Assembly: GCA_026770705.1 (NCBI GenBank)
Contig: JANJGN010000034.1
Span: forward strand, 11,160,001-11,224,000
From: Isurus oxyrinchus
Taxonomy: Eukaryota
Reading direction: 5' to 3'
DNA: 64,000 bases
Part shown: one piece after another, positions 36,485-49,589 of the stretch
Numbering within the stretch: the first letter of the stretch is position 1
Layout: each line of letters starts with the position of its first letter
Notes under the pieces: model-generated
Databases searched by the model: none
What the model was told of the DNA's origin: nothing
The model's input: the letters and a program-made list of their open reading frames with translations, nothing else
Translations under genes and position numbers: made by a program

Positions 36485-39400
36485 TAACATCAGCAGTGGG
36501 GAAAATGTTGGAGTCTATTATAAAAGATGTGGTAAAAGAACACTTAGAACACATTAACGGGATTAAACAAAGTCAGGAAAGGTTTATGAGAGGGAAATCA
36601 AGCTTAACTAATCTACTGGAATTTTTTGAGGATGTACTTAGTAGAATTGATAAGGGAGAGCCAGTGGATATGGAGCATTTGGATTTCACGAAGGCTTATA
36701 CAAGGTCCCACATAAGAGGCTAGTGGGTAAACATTAAAGCACATGGGTAAAAACAACAGCTTCCGCTTCCTCTTCACCATGGACGTCCAATCCCTCTACA
36801 CCTCCATCCCCCACCAGGATGGTCTGAGGGCCCTTAGCTTCTTCCTCGAACAGAGGCCCGAACAATTCCCATCCACCACTACTCTCCTCCGTCTGGTTGA
36901 ACTTGTTCTCACGTTGAACAATTTCTCCTTCAACTCCTCTCACTTTCTCCAAATAAAAGGTGTGGCTATGGGTACCCGCATGGACCCCAGCTATGCCTGT
37001 CTCTTTATGGGGTATGTGGAACATTCCTTGTTGCAGTCCTACTCCGGACCCCTTCCACAACTTTTTCTCCGGTACATCGATGATTACTTCGGTGCTGCTT
37101 CATGCTCTCGTCGGGACTTGGAAAAATTTATTAATTTTGCTTCCAATCTCCACCCCTCCATCATTTTCACGTGGTCCATCTCTGACACTTCCCTTCCCTT
37201 CCTTGACCTCTCTGTCTCAATCTCTGGTGATAGACTGTCCACCAATATCCATTACAAACCCACCGACTCCCACAGCTACCTCGACTACAGCTCCTCACAC
37301 CCCGCTTCCTGTAAGGACTCCATCCCATTCTCCCAGTTCCTTCGCCTTCGTCGCATCTGTTCCGATGATGCTACCTTCAAAAACGGTTCCTCTGACATGT
37401 CCTCCTTCTTCCTTAACCGAGGTTTTCCACCCACGGTCGTTGACAGGGCCCTCAACCGTGTCCGGCCCATCTCCCGCACATCCGCCCTCACGCCTTCTCC
37501 TCCCTCCCAGAAACATGATAGGGTCCCCCTTGTCCTCACTTATCACCCCACCAGCCTCCGCATTCAAAGGATCATCCTCCGCCATTTCCGCCAACTCCAG
37601 CATGATGCCACCACCAAACACATCTTCCCTTCACCCCCCTTATCGGCATTCCGTAGGGATCGCTCCCTCTGGGACCCTGGTCCACTCCTCCATCACCCCC
37701 TACTCCTCAACCCCCTCCTATGGCACCACCCCATGCCCACGCAAAAGATGTAACACCTGCCCCTTCACTTCCTCTCTCCTCACCGTCCAAGGGCCCAAAC
37801 ATTCCTTTCAAGTAAAGCAGCATTTCACTTGCATTTCCCCCAACTTAGTCTACTGCATTCGTTGCTCCCAATGTGGTCTCCTCTACATTGGAGAGACCAA
37901 ACGTAAACTGGGCGACCGCTTTGCAGAACACCTGCGTTCTGTCCGCAAGAATGACCCAAACCTCCCTGTCGCTTGCCATTTTAACACTCCACCCTGCTCT
38001 CTTGCCCACATGTCTGTCCTTGGCTTGCTGCATTGTTCCAGTGAAGCCCAACGCAAACTGGACGAACAACACCTCATCTTCCAACTAGGCACCTTACAGC
38101 CTTCCGATCTGAATATTGAGTTCAACAACTTTAGGTCGTGAGCTCCCTCCCCCATCCCCACCCCCTTTCTGTTTCCCCCTTTTTCCTTTTTTTTCCCTAT
38201 AAATTATATAGATTTTTCTTTTCCCACCTATTTCCATTATTTTTAAACATTTTAAAATCTTTTATGCTCCCCCCACCCCCACTTGAGCTGTACCTTGAGT
38301 GCCCTACCATCCATTCTTAATTAGCACATTCGTTTAGATAATATCACCAACTTTAACTTTAACACCTATGTGTTCTTTTGTACCATTGTCGCTGACATCT
38401 TTTGATGATCTGCTTCTATCACTGCTTGTTTGTCTACACAACCACCTCTCTCTCTCTCTATCTCTCTGCCCCCCACACACACACCTTAAACCACCTTATA
38501 TTTCAACTCTTTCTTGGACTCGAAATCAAGTTCTGTCGAAGGGTCATGAGGACTCGAAACGTCAACTCTTTTCTTCTCCGCCGATGCTGCCAGACCTGCT
38601 GAGTTTTTCCAGGTAATTCTGTTTTTGTATTGTTATTAAAGCACATGGGATTGGGGTAATATGCTTGCATGGACTGAGAATTGGTTGACAGACCAGAAAC
38701 AGGGAGTGGGAATAAGTGGGTCTCTTTTCAGGTGGCAGGTCGTGACTGGTGGTGTACCACAGGGTTTAGTGCTTGGGCCCCAGCTATTCATGACATTTTT
38801 AAATGACTTGGATGAGGGAACAAATGCAATATTCCCAAGATTGCTGATGACACAAAACTGGGCGAGATTGTGAGTAGTGAGAAGGATGCAAGGGAGCTTC
38901 AGGGTGATTTAGGCGAGCTGTGTGTGTGAGCAAACACATGGCAGTTGCAGCATAACATGGATGAATGTGAAGTTATACGCTTTGGTGTGAAGAACAGAAA
39001 GGCAGAGTAGTATTTCAATAGCGATGTATTGGAAAATGAGGGTGCACAAAGAGACCTGGGTGTCCTTGTACACCAGTAAATAGGCAGGTACAGCAAGCAA
39101 TTAGGAAGGCAAATGTAATGCTGGCCTTCATTGCAAAAGGCATTGAGTTCAGAAGTAGAGATATTTTACTGCAGTCATACAGGGCTTTGGTGAGACCACA
39201 CCTGGAGTATTGCGTGCAGCTTTGGTCTCCCTACACAGGAAAGGATATACTTGCTAGAGAGGGAGTGCATCAAATGTTCATGAGGCTAATACCACGGATG
39301 GCAGGATTGACGTATGAGGACAGATTTGTTTGACTGGGCCTGTATTCACCAGAGTTTAGAAGAATGAAAGGGGGTCTGATTGAAGAGTATAAAATTCTAG

Positions 39401-39760
39401 CAATGCTAGACATACTAATGCAGGGAGGATGTTTCCCCTGGTTGGGGTGTCTAGAACCCGGGGCCACAGTCTCAAGGTACGGGGCAGGCCATTTAAGACT
39501 GAGATGAGGAAAAAATTCTTCACTCAGAGGCTGGTCAACCTATGGAATTCTGTACCACAGAAGGCTGTGGCGACCGGGTCACAGAGTGAAGAAAGAAATT
39601 AATATTTTTATGGATATTGGGGGCATCAAGGGTTATGGAGAGAAAGCGTGGCTATGGCATTGGGATAGAGGGTCAGTCATGATCCAATCAATGGCGGAGC
39701 AGCCTCGAAGGGCCGAATGGCCTATTCCTGCTCCTAATTTCTATGTTTCTATGTTGATGT
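36485..39760 (+). mobile_element. CR1-type LINE (36485-36747 and 38635-39760) split by a PLE insertion
   Basis: GKMLESIIKD...LTNLLEFFE before the insertion, and GVPQGLVLGP, LVRPHLEYCVQLWSPY and the 3' UTR after it. Confidence 0.9.
36748..38634 (+). mobile_element. Penelope-like retroelement (RT + GIY-YIG endonuclease + terminal hammerhead-like motif), 5'-truncated, one frameshift
   Basis: RT frame: QIKGVAMGT..., LRYIDD; second frame: VYCIRCSQCGLLYIGETKRKLGDRFAEH; 15-bp TSD ATTAAAGCACATGGG (36733-36747, 38635-38649). Confidence 0.95.
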
Positions 39761-40904
39761 CAATTGCACTTAGACCTTGTGCTACCCTGATGCATCTGCA
39801 TTAGGTAATTTTAAAATAACATCTTAATATTTAATAAAACTCACAAAGACTTTCAGCTTCACTTTTGTTATTCTTTGAATGCACTCCTTGTTCAATATAC
39901 TGAGATTTACATTATAAAGCAAGAAAGATGTTTCCTTCTGAACAGAATGCTTTTAACCATCTGCGTCCTTTGGTTGTTAGGAGTTCCAAAGTAATTGAGT
40001 GCAAACGTCTGATCAATCTTTCATTTCCTTTCATCAGAGTGACTTGGTAGGTCATTTTAAAAGGCGGTTATGGCATTGCTGTGGGCCTGGAGTCACCTGT
40101 ATGCCAGACTAGGAAAAAGCCGCAGGCCTCCTTCCATAAAGTGAGCAAACAATCGATGAAAGTTATGATGAGCAGCACCACTAACTTAGAACTCCAGAAT
40201 TTACTCGTTGAATTCCACTTGCCAGTGTTAGCATATGAACCCATCTCCTGAGGCCTGGGTTAGTTTGACAGTGACGATACCACTATACCACCGTCTCCTT
40301 ATAAAGATCCTGAAGCCCTTTTGACATCAGTTAGTGGAGATGGGGTCCGGATGGTAATGGCAATGACACGGAGTAAAGAAGCTGGACAATAAACTGTGAA
40401 TGTAACAGAAGCAGAAACTGAGAAAATACGCTCAAAAAATGAGAATTTAAACAGAATGGAACATCCTCAAGCTCAACCTCCTGTCTCTCAGCATTGAATC
40501 GGAAACACAGGGAGCAAAATATACGCAAGCTCTCACCTGCAATCACTTCTTGCTTCAGCTGTTGGGGGAGGGGGTGGCCATCTGAATGCCGGGTTCTTCC
40601 TCTCCAGTGACATGAACTCAATCTGCACTCCCCATTACTTTCCTGATTGAACAATCCTTTGGAGAAATGCGGCAACGCCTTCATCCTGACTGCTGCCCAT
40701 ATGTCGGTAAAGAAACATCTTTTGCAACGGAGGAAGCATCTGTGGAGCCTGAGATGTGAAAATCAAGAAGTTGCCAATCCCCAACGCATTTCAAGTTCCC
40801 TGCAAGTTGGGGAGCAGCTGTCCTGAGTTTTGGGTGTTATTATCACTCGTTCATAGATACCTGGAGGGAGACTTTGATTAGAAAGGTTTCATTGCATCTG
40901 TTTC

Positions 40905-40971
40905 ATGGCTGTGACTATGGCAGGAAGAAACATCGCTTTGATTGGCCTCTTGCTCCTGGTCCGTTTTTCAT
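40905..40971 (+). CDS. Single-Ig VSIG10-like receptor exon 1 (signal peptide)
   Basis: MAVTMAGRNIALIGLLLLVRFS, donor T|gtaaga, phase 1 (alternative ATG at 40917). Confidence 0.7.
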
Positions 40972-42765
40972 GTAAGAACATTCAGAATTTACCTGATCAT
41001 TTTTGCTGATGTGAATTTCTATGCTTGTAGCTCAGACTATGACAGGCTGTTAACTGATCTTCCTGCAGTTCGGTCAGTGAGGCAGCAATCACTTGTTTAG
41101 CTGGCGATTATCTCTATAGTTGGCAGGGACCTCTGTATTGCCTCGAATTGAATACTTAACCACTGCTCACAAGCAACCAGCAAACTCATACGTTACTGGG
41201 CCACAGCAAGCAAAACTATTGCCCATAAGGAATCTGAAATTAAAATATAAAACACTGGAAATGGTCCAGCCTGTCAGGCTTAACACGTGGAGGGAGAAGC
41301 AGCATTAATCTTTCAGACCGATGAGCTTTGTTCAGAGCTGGAATGTATTACTGGTCTGACGATTTGAAGCTAATAGGGAGACAGTGAAAAGGGAAAAGTG
41401 GGAAAGGTTAAAAATAAATTTCTGTGATAGGATGGAAGGAGGAAGATGATAAAAGGCAAAAGGCTTGATGGTGCCAGCCGAAAAGGGTTGGCCATGGGAG
41501 ATGTGAAGATGCAAAGGTGCGTCAGAAATTGTTATGGGAGGTCTGTTATTTTGGCCCATTTTACCAAATTCGGAATAACTTCAAAAAGTGGGGGTTAGCG
41601 ATTTTAAGATGAAGATTCCTCCTTAAGGGTCTCCATTTGAGCTCTAAACACCTGATACCCCCTGAAATAGAACCCCCCAGTGAACTTGTCTGGGAGACAT
41701 TCATTATTTCAGTAGAACAATATTTGTGGGAGAACTTAAAGTTGTTCAGCAGGGGTTGCCTTACCTAACGTTTTAACCAATTGAATTGGGTAATGATCAG
41801 AGGACTGATCAGAATATTTTAATGTTAGTTTTGGAAGGCTCACGAGTTAAATGTTGTCACTATGGGTAAGACCAGCTTCTCTTTTCTTTTATACAGCATT
41901 TATTTCAGGAAACCCCACCAGGGAAACAGCACTTCCCAATTATTTGCGGCTCCCTAGCGGAACTTCAGTGTATAACTGGTAATTGATGGTTCTCTATTGC
42001 ACATTCCCATCGCCTCTGCTGCACAAGGGGCAGAATTGTATGGATGGCCCAGTTTGCTCCCAACGTCATTTCCACTCACTGCAATCGCCACTCATTCAAT
42101 GAGGTTTTAATTATTGTTAAAGACTTTTAAATGTTTATTTTATCATTCTCTCTCCCTCAACCCCATCTTTCTTTCTTAAGTAATTCGCGTCTGTATATGT
42201 TTTCATGCTAAATTACGTTTTCGCATTAACAATGAAGAGTTCATGTCATTTGGGTTAACAATTCGATTCGGGTGCTGTTGTACAAGGGGCAGGATTGCAT
42301 CGGGGGCCCATTTGGCTCTTCACCTCATATTCATTTCCACTTACTGCAAGGAACTCAATATTAGGTGTTACATGGAAGTGGTGGCCGCTCTGATGCCACT
42401 CCGCTCGAGGGCAATTTTTGGCCCTGGGTCCGATAGTAAGGGTTCTTCATTGTGATTGACCGAGAAGATGCACGATTTCTTTCCTCTGTCCAAGCGAGTC
42501 CCAATTTTTGAAAGAGAGCGCTGTTCCATGTTTGTGGATTTCCACTAATGCCCAAGTCACAGAGCAGAAACTCTCATAGAGTCTGTGGTCATTTATAAAT
42601 ATAATGAACATAAGGTTTGTGGTCACTTCCAAACGAAATGAACATAAAAACAGTGGTCACTTGTATGTGTAATGAACCTGCTTGCACATTCCACTCACTA
42701 CTGACTACAAACTCCTGGCCAAGTAATGAACTTAAAGCCACATAACATGTGTCTCTTTATTTCAG

Positions 42766-43032
42766 CATGCAGTCCAGCCAAACGGAAAACATATTTATCA
42801 TGTCTATCCGCCCGTGATGGGGATTTCGTTATCTTGGATTGCTACTATCGGGGTGGTCTCCCATTTCCTACTCTCACCTGGACTGGGCCTAACAATCTAT
42901 ACAGGGAAACGACCAACACTCCACGTTTCACTATAAACCTCACAAAGGACGAGTTTGTGGATGAATGGAATACCATTTACAAGTGCATAGCCGGCCATCG
43001 CTATTTGAGTAGCTACTGCTATGTTGGACGGG
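42766..43032 (+). CDS. Single-Ig VSIG10-like receptor exon 2 (Ig domain)
   Basis: tttatttcag|CA...CGGG|gtgagt; 267 nt, phase 1-1; LSC...VILDCYYRGGLPFPTLTW...YKCIAGH...YC. Confidence 0.82.
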
Positions 43033-43902
43033 GTGAGTGCAAGGGCCTGCAGCCTTACACAAAGATGGAATGGTTCCACTTTCAGCTGCATTTTTCCCAG
43101 CTGGTGGGAAACATTCAGAATTAGGGGGCCAGAGTAGAGAACGTGGAATCATAGAATGGTCAAAGCACAGAAATACCCATTTGAACCATCTTGTCTGTGC
43201 TGGTTCTCTGCAAGAGCAACTCATCTAAACCTCAGTCCCAGCCTTCCCCAGTGGCTTAATCTGACTGACTGAATTTTATACCTTCCTATATCCTGATTGT
43301 TAGAGCAACGTGTCCTGTTGTTTGTTAAACTAGTTCATCACAAGAAGAGGCTCAGCTGACACTGTTTACACATCCTCCCAGTCTTCACTGACCTACGTTG
43401 CCTTCGGGTCGTGCAATACTTCGACTTTAACTTATTCTTCCTGACCTATGATCCTGGATGACCCTAGTCCTCCCTACCTAAGCGCCCTCCCCCATCCCGT
43501 GAACCCTTAAAGATTCCCCTGTCCATCCATTACTGGCTTCCTGCACAGTTCTGATCATTTTGGCCCCAGCATTTATGGCTGTGCCTTCAAGTGGTTATGG
43601 AACAAATTCAACATTGACATCACGAAACCTGGCACTTCTCCATCTGCCCCTATAGCTCAAGAATCTGCTTCCAACCTGCCTCTTCAACGATGATTTTACT
43701 CATCAGAGTGTCAGTTTGTGTCGGACATGACTCCTCTGAAGCACCCTGTGAAGTTTTCCTGATTAAAGGTGCTCTATAAATGCAATGTTTATCTGTTTCT
43801 TGCACATTCAGAGAAAAGGATGAATGTTTTATTTTCCATCGAAGTTGACGGCTAATATTGGTCTGATGATGACCGTGTTCCTATTATTATATCGCTTTGC
43901 AG

Positions 43903-43998
43903 GATATGGAAGTTATTTTGGAATAGCCTTCGGAGTTCTGGCACTACTGATTGTTCTGTGCATCCTTCTAATATATATTTGCACAAAATGCGATCAAC
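43903..43998 (+). CDS. Single-Ig VSIG10-like receptor exon 3 (transmembrane)
   Basis: ctttgcag|GA...CAAC|gtaagt; YGSYFGIAFGVLALLIVLCILLIYICTKCDQ. Confidence 0.85.
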
Positions 43999-44269
43999 GT
44001 AAGTTCCTAACCTTAACTGCTTTTCAGTTTTAATGTTATTTGTTAACATTCTTTTTATTAATGTTCTTAGGTTATTGTTGCTATTTTAATTAGTATATTC
44101 TTTTGAAGCTCAATTTTTTTCAATCGAATTTATTTCTAGCCTCTTAGTGATCTATTGTTACTTCCTGATACACCTACATATATACCTATATTCACACAGA
44201 GTGCCCTGCCTTCTGCAGGCAACTGTAACATATACACACATTGCACCTTTCCAACTCCACAAAATATGT

Positions 44270-44490
44270 ACAGAACATTCTGAAAAAAACTCAGCAGGAC
44301 TGACAGCATATGTGGAGAGAGGACCAGAGTTAACACTTCGAGCCCGAGTGACTCTTCTTCAAAGCTCTGACGAAGGGTCATATGGACTCTGTTTTTCACT
44401 CCACAAATGCTGTGAGACCTGCTGAGTATTTCCAGCGTTTTCTGTTTTTATTTCAGATCTCCAGCATCTGCTGTATTTTGCCTTTATCAA
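44270..44490. mobile_element. Palindromic PLE-terminus element with two back-to-back hammerhead remnants
   Basis: Minus-oriented tail plus motif joined at gctctga to plus-oriented CTGACGAAGGGTCATATGGACTC plus tail. Confidence 0.7.
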
Positions 44491-44504
44491 CAAAATAGGT
44501 GACA

Positions 44505-44680
44505 GCCATTCACTGAAACATTCCCACAGGCAATGTCTTGACCAATCAGAGTCAAGCTGCCTCTTTTGAGCTCAAACAAAGCTTGGAAGTTAATTGTAAT
44601 TTGTCAGTTCATTGGTGCATTCTCCACAACATTGCCTCTACCATTCAGAGTTCTCTTGCCAACAAATCAGCACTCTCTTC
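44505..44680 (+). repeat. Unclassified CCAAT-containing interspersed repeat (inverted copy at ~58620-58795)
   Basis: ttgaccaatcagagtcaagctgc matches the reverse complement of gcagcttaactctgattggtcaa, with extended flanking similarity. Confidence 0.6.
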
Positions 44681-45446
44681 TCAAGCGGTATAAATTGTTC
44701 CATTTACAATTTGGTGTTCTTGCAAAATGTCCTGACGCGTACATGACAAAAAGCATTGACAGAATATTCGCCTTTCCAGCAACACTTAGGTTCTGCACTA
44801 CCAAATGACTATTAATATATTTTTGCTGCGCTTTTGCAATTGAATCCTTGCTGGACCATTTCAGAGGGCATTTACATCTCCGTGTGTCAAGAGACACATG
44901 CCACATTCACATGAAACATTGCTTACCTAAAGGGCATTAATGAACCAGTTAGTTTTTTGCAACTGTCCAGTAATTTCACTTTCACCACTAGTACTACATG
45001 TATTTTTCACTCCTGCTTTACTTTATGAAGTGATTTTAAGTTCCCAGCTGCCAGTGGTGGGATAAATGAACTCATGTTGCTGGATCATTAGCAGAGGCCC
45101 TCTGATGAGTCCTGCAGTGATATCACAATTATAATACCGTACCGCATCAAAAATTCAAGCTGTTGCTTTGCTGGGGAATATTTGTTCTTCCATGTCTTTA
45201 GTGAATATGTTGATTTGGATGAATTGTGTAATTTGGCTTTAACTGATAAACATGGGAAAAGTTCTAAAGTGATTTATGCTTCGATTGTAAATGTGAAAGA
45301 GATGGAAATTTACCTCATTAGTAGCTACCTTCCTATCCCAGAGTTGGGCTGGTCAGTGCTTGTGTGCAACTTTACAGAAGTATACGGTATGTCGAGAACA
45401 GAGGGGGAACCCTACTCACCCAGTTTATCTCCTTTACTTTTAAAAG

Positions 45447-45571
45447 TTTGTGAAAAGATTGCAAGACATCGAGGTAAATGTAGCACATCTCCTGCTGCCA
45501 CGACTGCTACAGGCTATGAGAACCCAACTTATGCCGGTGAACCCGCCGAGGAAGGGAAGACACCAGAATGA
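45447..45571 (+). CDS. Single-Ig VSIG10-like receptor exon 4 (cytoplasmic tail with GYENPTY)
   Basis: Pyrimidine tract ctcctttacttttaaaag|TT, phase 1; CEKIARHRGKCSTSPAATTATGYENPTYAGEPAEEGKTPE*; four exons total 555 nt = 184 aa + stop. Confidence 0.75.
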
Positions 45572-47399
45572 AATGAAAAAAAAAACACAGGTTTCCTAAC
45601 CTCAGAATTGAAGTGAATCACCAAGCAGCATTAGAGCAACGGCCTATTAATCCTAGTATTGCCGCTACTGGAAAAAAATACAGAAGGGAACATTCCGAAT
45701 GATTGAGGGGATGGAGGGACTTGGTTAATGAGGAGCAATTGTGCAAGGTGGGTCGATTCTCAGTGGAACAGATAAGTGTGGGGTGGGGGTGGAGGGGGGA
45801 GGTGTGTGTGTTTAGGAATTTAGATTTTCGGTTTGCTATGGAATGAACACATATAACCCCCGACAAGCTCTCCCACGTCATCCAGAGCAGCAGAGCCTGT
45901 GGCCACGTGCTGGAAAAAGTTCATTTCAAACCTTTTTTTGCAGAAGCAATACTTCAGTGAGTGTGTGATCAGTGAAAGGATCAAGCTCCCCAGAGAGACA
46001 CTGTAAGCGTGTAGTACTGGTTAATTCAAATGAAAATTAAACAGATAGAAAATGACCTTTTGGAAAAGAGCATGTGGATCATTTGAGGTATGATATCTGG
46101 AAATGCAGCATAGCTTGGTAACATTGGGTCTTTGTTTACTGAAGCTCTTAAACACAAAGGTTTCGCTGCACTGGTTAATGTGTTCTGCTGTGGAACAATT
46201 GACTGTGATAGTTAGTTAACAACCCCAGCATTTTTGTTTCAGGACGATAGTAGATGCATGACATGGATCTAGGTCTTTTTTCTCTAGCATTTCCAAAGTT
46301 CCTATCGTCATTGGCAGGGAGGCAGGCAGCTCAGCAAGCGGGCCATTGTAGGCCATGTCGCCACTAGGCACCATTCCATAATTGGACTAAAACTAAGAAA
46401 ATTCAACTCTTCGAGAGGCTTCCAATTTCATGTTTCAAATTTTCCAAAAGTACAGCCTTGTCAATATTGGTTGGTGATTCACTTTGAGATGGAGATATTA
46501 TGCTTCATGTGATTTCCTTTTTGTTTTTAGTCTTTGGTTCTTTCCTGCATCAGATTTAAATTTATCCCTTGAGTTAACTAATGCTGCAATCGGGCCTCAT
46601 TTGGAGGGCAGAAAAATGCATTTATTACATTGAACTTGTGATTCTATTTATCAGCCTTGCTGTTCATGATGAAATATCTAATTAGCTTGTTTATATTGTT
46701 CCATAGATTAACATCCAGTCATGTAGCAATGACTTCCTGAAGTATGGGTTCAGAAGCTGCAATCTGCTTGCTTGCAGCTATCAGCTTCTCGGGCTCTGGC
46801 TGCTGAAAGCTTCCGCCCAAGCACCCCTCCACACACCGCTCCCCCCTCCCCTTTCCCCCTCCCCGTATCCTCCCTGAAATTCAAAGAGCAAAGTCACAGT
46901 GGCTCCAATATTGGTATCACTGAGCACCTCTTTCCTTTGACTCCCAATTCACGTATTTCCTCGGCTTCTGTGCTTTATTGATGAACACCAACATGTGGAA
47001 GGTAATAGCAGAGTTAGGATGAATGATCCGGAGTGCTGTGGCACTGATTTCACAACTGTAACTCTCTATGCAAATAGTCTGCACCATTTCTTACTGAACA
47101 GTTTGCATCTAAGTATTCTACAGAACCATTGTGTTGTTTAGTTGGGAGTGTTTTAGACCCTACTGCAAACCTTTGAGTTTGTAATCAAAATAAAAATCAT
47201 CTTTGGACCATTGATGCATGTTTGTGACTGTTAATTTACAGAAGTGATCAATACTTAAAAATCCTTCTCTTACCAAACTCTCAGAGATAAGCGCTCTATT
47301 CTTTTGCACTTAAATTCTATCTCTCTTTGCTTAACGACATATGTGATACCTCTCGACAAAAGTATAATCCAATGATGAAGAAAGACTCTATGAGAAGGG

Positions 47400-48620
47400 T
47401 GCACCATCCGTGCCTCATTAGGGAAGTTACGGATGGTGACATATTGGAAGAAAATGTCTCCAATGCTGGAAATGTTAGTGGTGGGTTAAAAAATTTAGAG
47501 CATTTTTTTTAAAAAATCGTAAAGGTGTGACTAAAAGCAATGAAAGGAGGAGGAGAAATTAAATGATCAGTAAAAAAGTAGGGACAAATATAAAGACAGC
47601 AGGGGCTTGTGTAATATAAAAAAAGGAAATGAGAGGCTAAAGTGAGCGTTGGAACCATGGGGGGGGGCGAGGCTGGGAAATTAAAATGGGGAGAAAGAAA
47701 TGGAAGTGGCTTTGAACAAATGCTTATCTGCCCTCATTATGGAACAACAAAACAGGCCATTAAGAGTAAAATATATCTAGGGCAAACGGGAGGGAAGGAA
47801 CTGAGAGCAATTACAATCACTAGGGAAAAAGTACTGGGAAATCTAATGAGATGAGAGGCTGACATGTGCCTTGAACCTGACGAGGATTTTGAAAGAAGTA
47901 GCTGCAGACAAAGTGGATTCATTTTTTTGCAATCTTTCAATATTTCCTAGATTCTAGATAGGTCGCAGCAGAGTGGAAAGCCGCAAATGTAAGATGTCCA
48001 TTCAAGAAATGTGAGAGACAGAGAGCAGGAAACTGAAGGCCAGTTAGCCTAACAGCTGTTTTGCAAAATGCCACAATGCATTGTTAAAGAGTTTTCCCAA
48101 CATATTGGGAAACTCACATGCAGTCATGCCTAGTCAACATGGTATTTTGGAAGGGAAGTCGTGTTTGATTTGACAAACTAATTAGAGCCCTTTGACGGTG
48201 TAGCAAGCAGGGTGGTTAAATAAGAACCAGTCGGTGCAGTGTTTTCGGATTTCTAAAATGTCTTCGATACAGTGCTAAGTGAAAGCTTACTGCACATGGT
48301 AAGATCTTGGGGGTGAGACAGGAGCAGCGGTAGAGGGCTGGCGAACTAACTGGCAAAAGAGCCAAGATAATTTTTTAACAGGGCCATTTTTAACTTGGGA
48401 AACTGTAATTAGTGGGATGCCAGGGGTTTCAGTGCCGGGGCCTCAACTGTTTACAGTCTATGTTAATGACTTGGATGAAGGGTTGGAATATACTGTAACG
48501 AGATTTGTTGACGACAGAAAGATAGGGAGGGGAGTTAGCTGTGAGCAGGAGAAAATAAGATTGTGCAAAGGGATATAGGCAGTTTAAATGAGCCGGCAAA
48601 AACTTGGCAGGTGTGCTATA
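47400..48620 (+). mobile_element. Old CR1-type LINE fragment
   Basis: Decayed RT motifs (ccagttagcctaaca, ggatttctaaaatgtcttcgatacagtgc, gttaatgacttggatga). Confidence 0.65.
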
Positions 48621-49589
48621 ATGTGGGAACATGTGAACTGAAAAGTGCGGCTGGCACTTACATATTTTGCAACGTCCTCCCAGACCAACACACTGACTGT
48701 TCGTGTTGTCCTATCTACTTGTTGCCATTAATTTGCAGGCGCTTCACCTCCAACTCATTGAGGGTTCGCATTGAAGTCTTCAAAAATGAAGTAACAACAT
48801 CTCCTCGTTTCAGCTATCTATTGAGCTGCCATCTTATTCTGAAAGAGCTGGAAGAGCAGAGTTTTTTTAAAAAAAATAAAGGGTTAACGACTTTGCAGAT
48901 CTTTATTTATTTGCAGATTTTTACATGCACTTTTCCACAATTGATGAGTTGATGAACGCTTTCAGGAGTCTCTAAAATAGTTTGAAACTTTATCAAGGTC
49001 TTTACAAATCTTCCACAGAGATCCTTGAAACCCTGCTCAACTATATAATCCCCACACTGAACTTGTGCCTGCACTGATCTCCTGCCCTTTTTGATTGAGG
49101 CTGTGTGATACTCTGAAGATTTCCCCAGCGCTTGTGTAGTAGCGCCCAACCGCCCGGAGAGGGGGTTGCTGTATCACTTTAATCACAAGGCTTGTGGAGG
49201 AGACAGGATCACATGAATGAGCAAGTTTTAGCTAGTCCCGGCAGCAATGGAAAGTAAACCTGAGATTAACCATATTTTAACCAAAGGAATCTTGAAACTC
49301 AATCCCTGCATCGCCTTCAAAAGCATGAAGCTGTGTCTAAAGTATCTGAAGAGTTGGAGAACAGGGAAGATGTGGCTTCCACAAGGCATGTATTTACATC
49401 CCTCTTGTTCCTGTTGACAGGAACATCAAATAGAAAATTTCACTGCTACGCTAACAGGTTTATTGCCTAGGCAAGCAAGGAGAAATACGCATCAGCAATT
49501 TTCAACTAGTCATGTTTTAGCTAGGAATACCATTCCGTTTTTAGAGATAATAGCTGGTTGTACTCGTGTTTAATATAGAGTGAAGTGCT

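Noticed and set aside
37285-38161. Antisense and alternative-frame ORFs over the PLE (also 24126-24523)
   Set aside because: Shadow frames of the retroelement ORF
41945-41965. 12-mer CTCCCTAGCGGA shared with the V2 exon
   Set aside because: Surrounding sequence does not encode an Ig fold; likely coincidence
40905-45571. Calling the GYENPTY gene an APP/APLP homologue
   Set aside because: No E1, E2 or KPI domains; the ectodomain is an Ig fold, so the resemblance is limited to motifs
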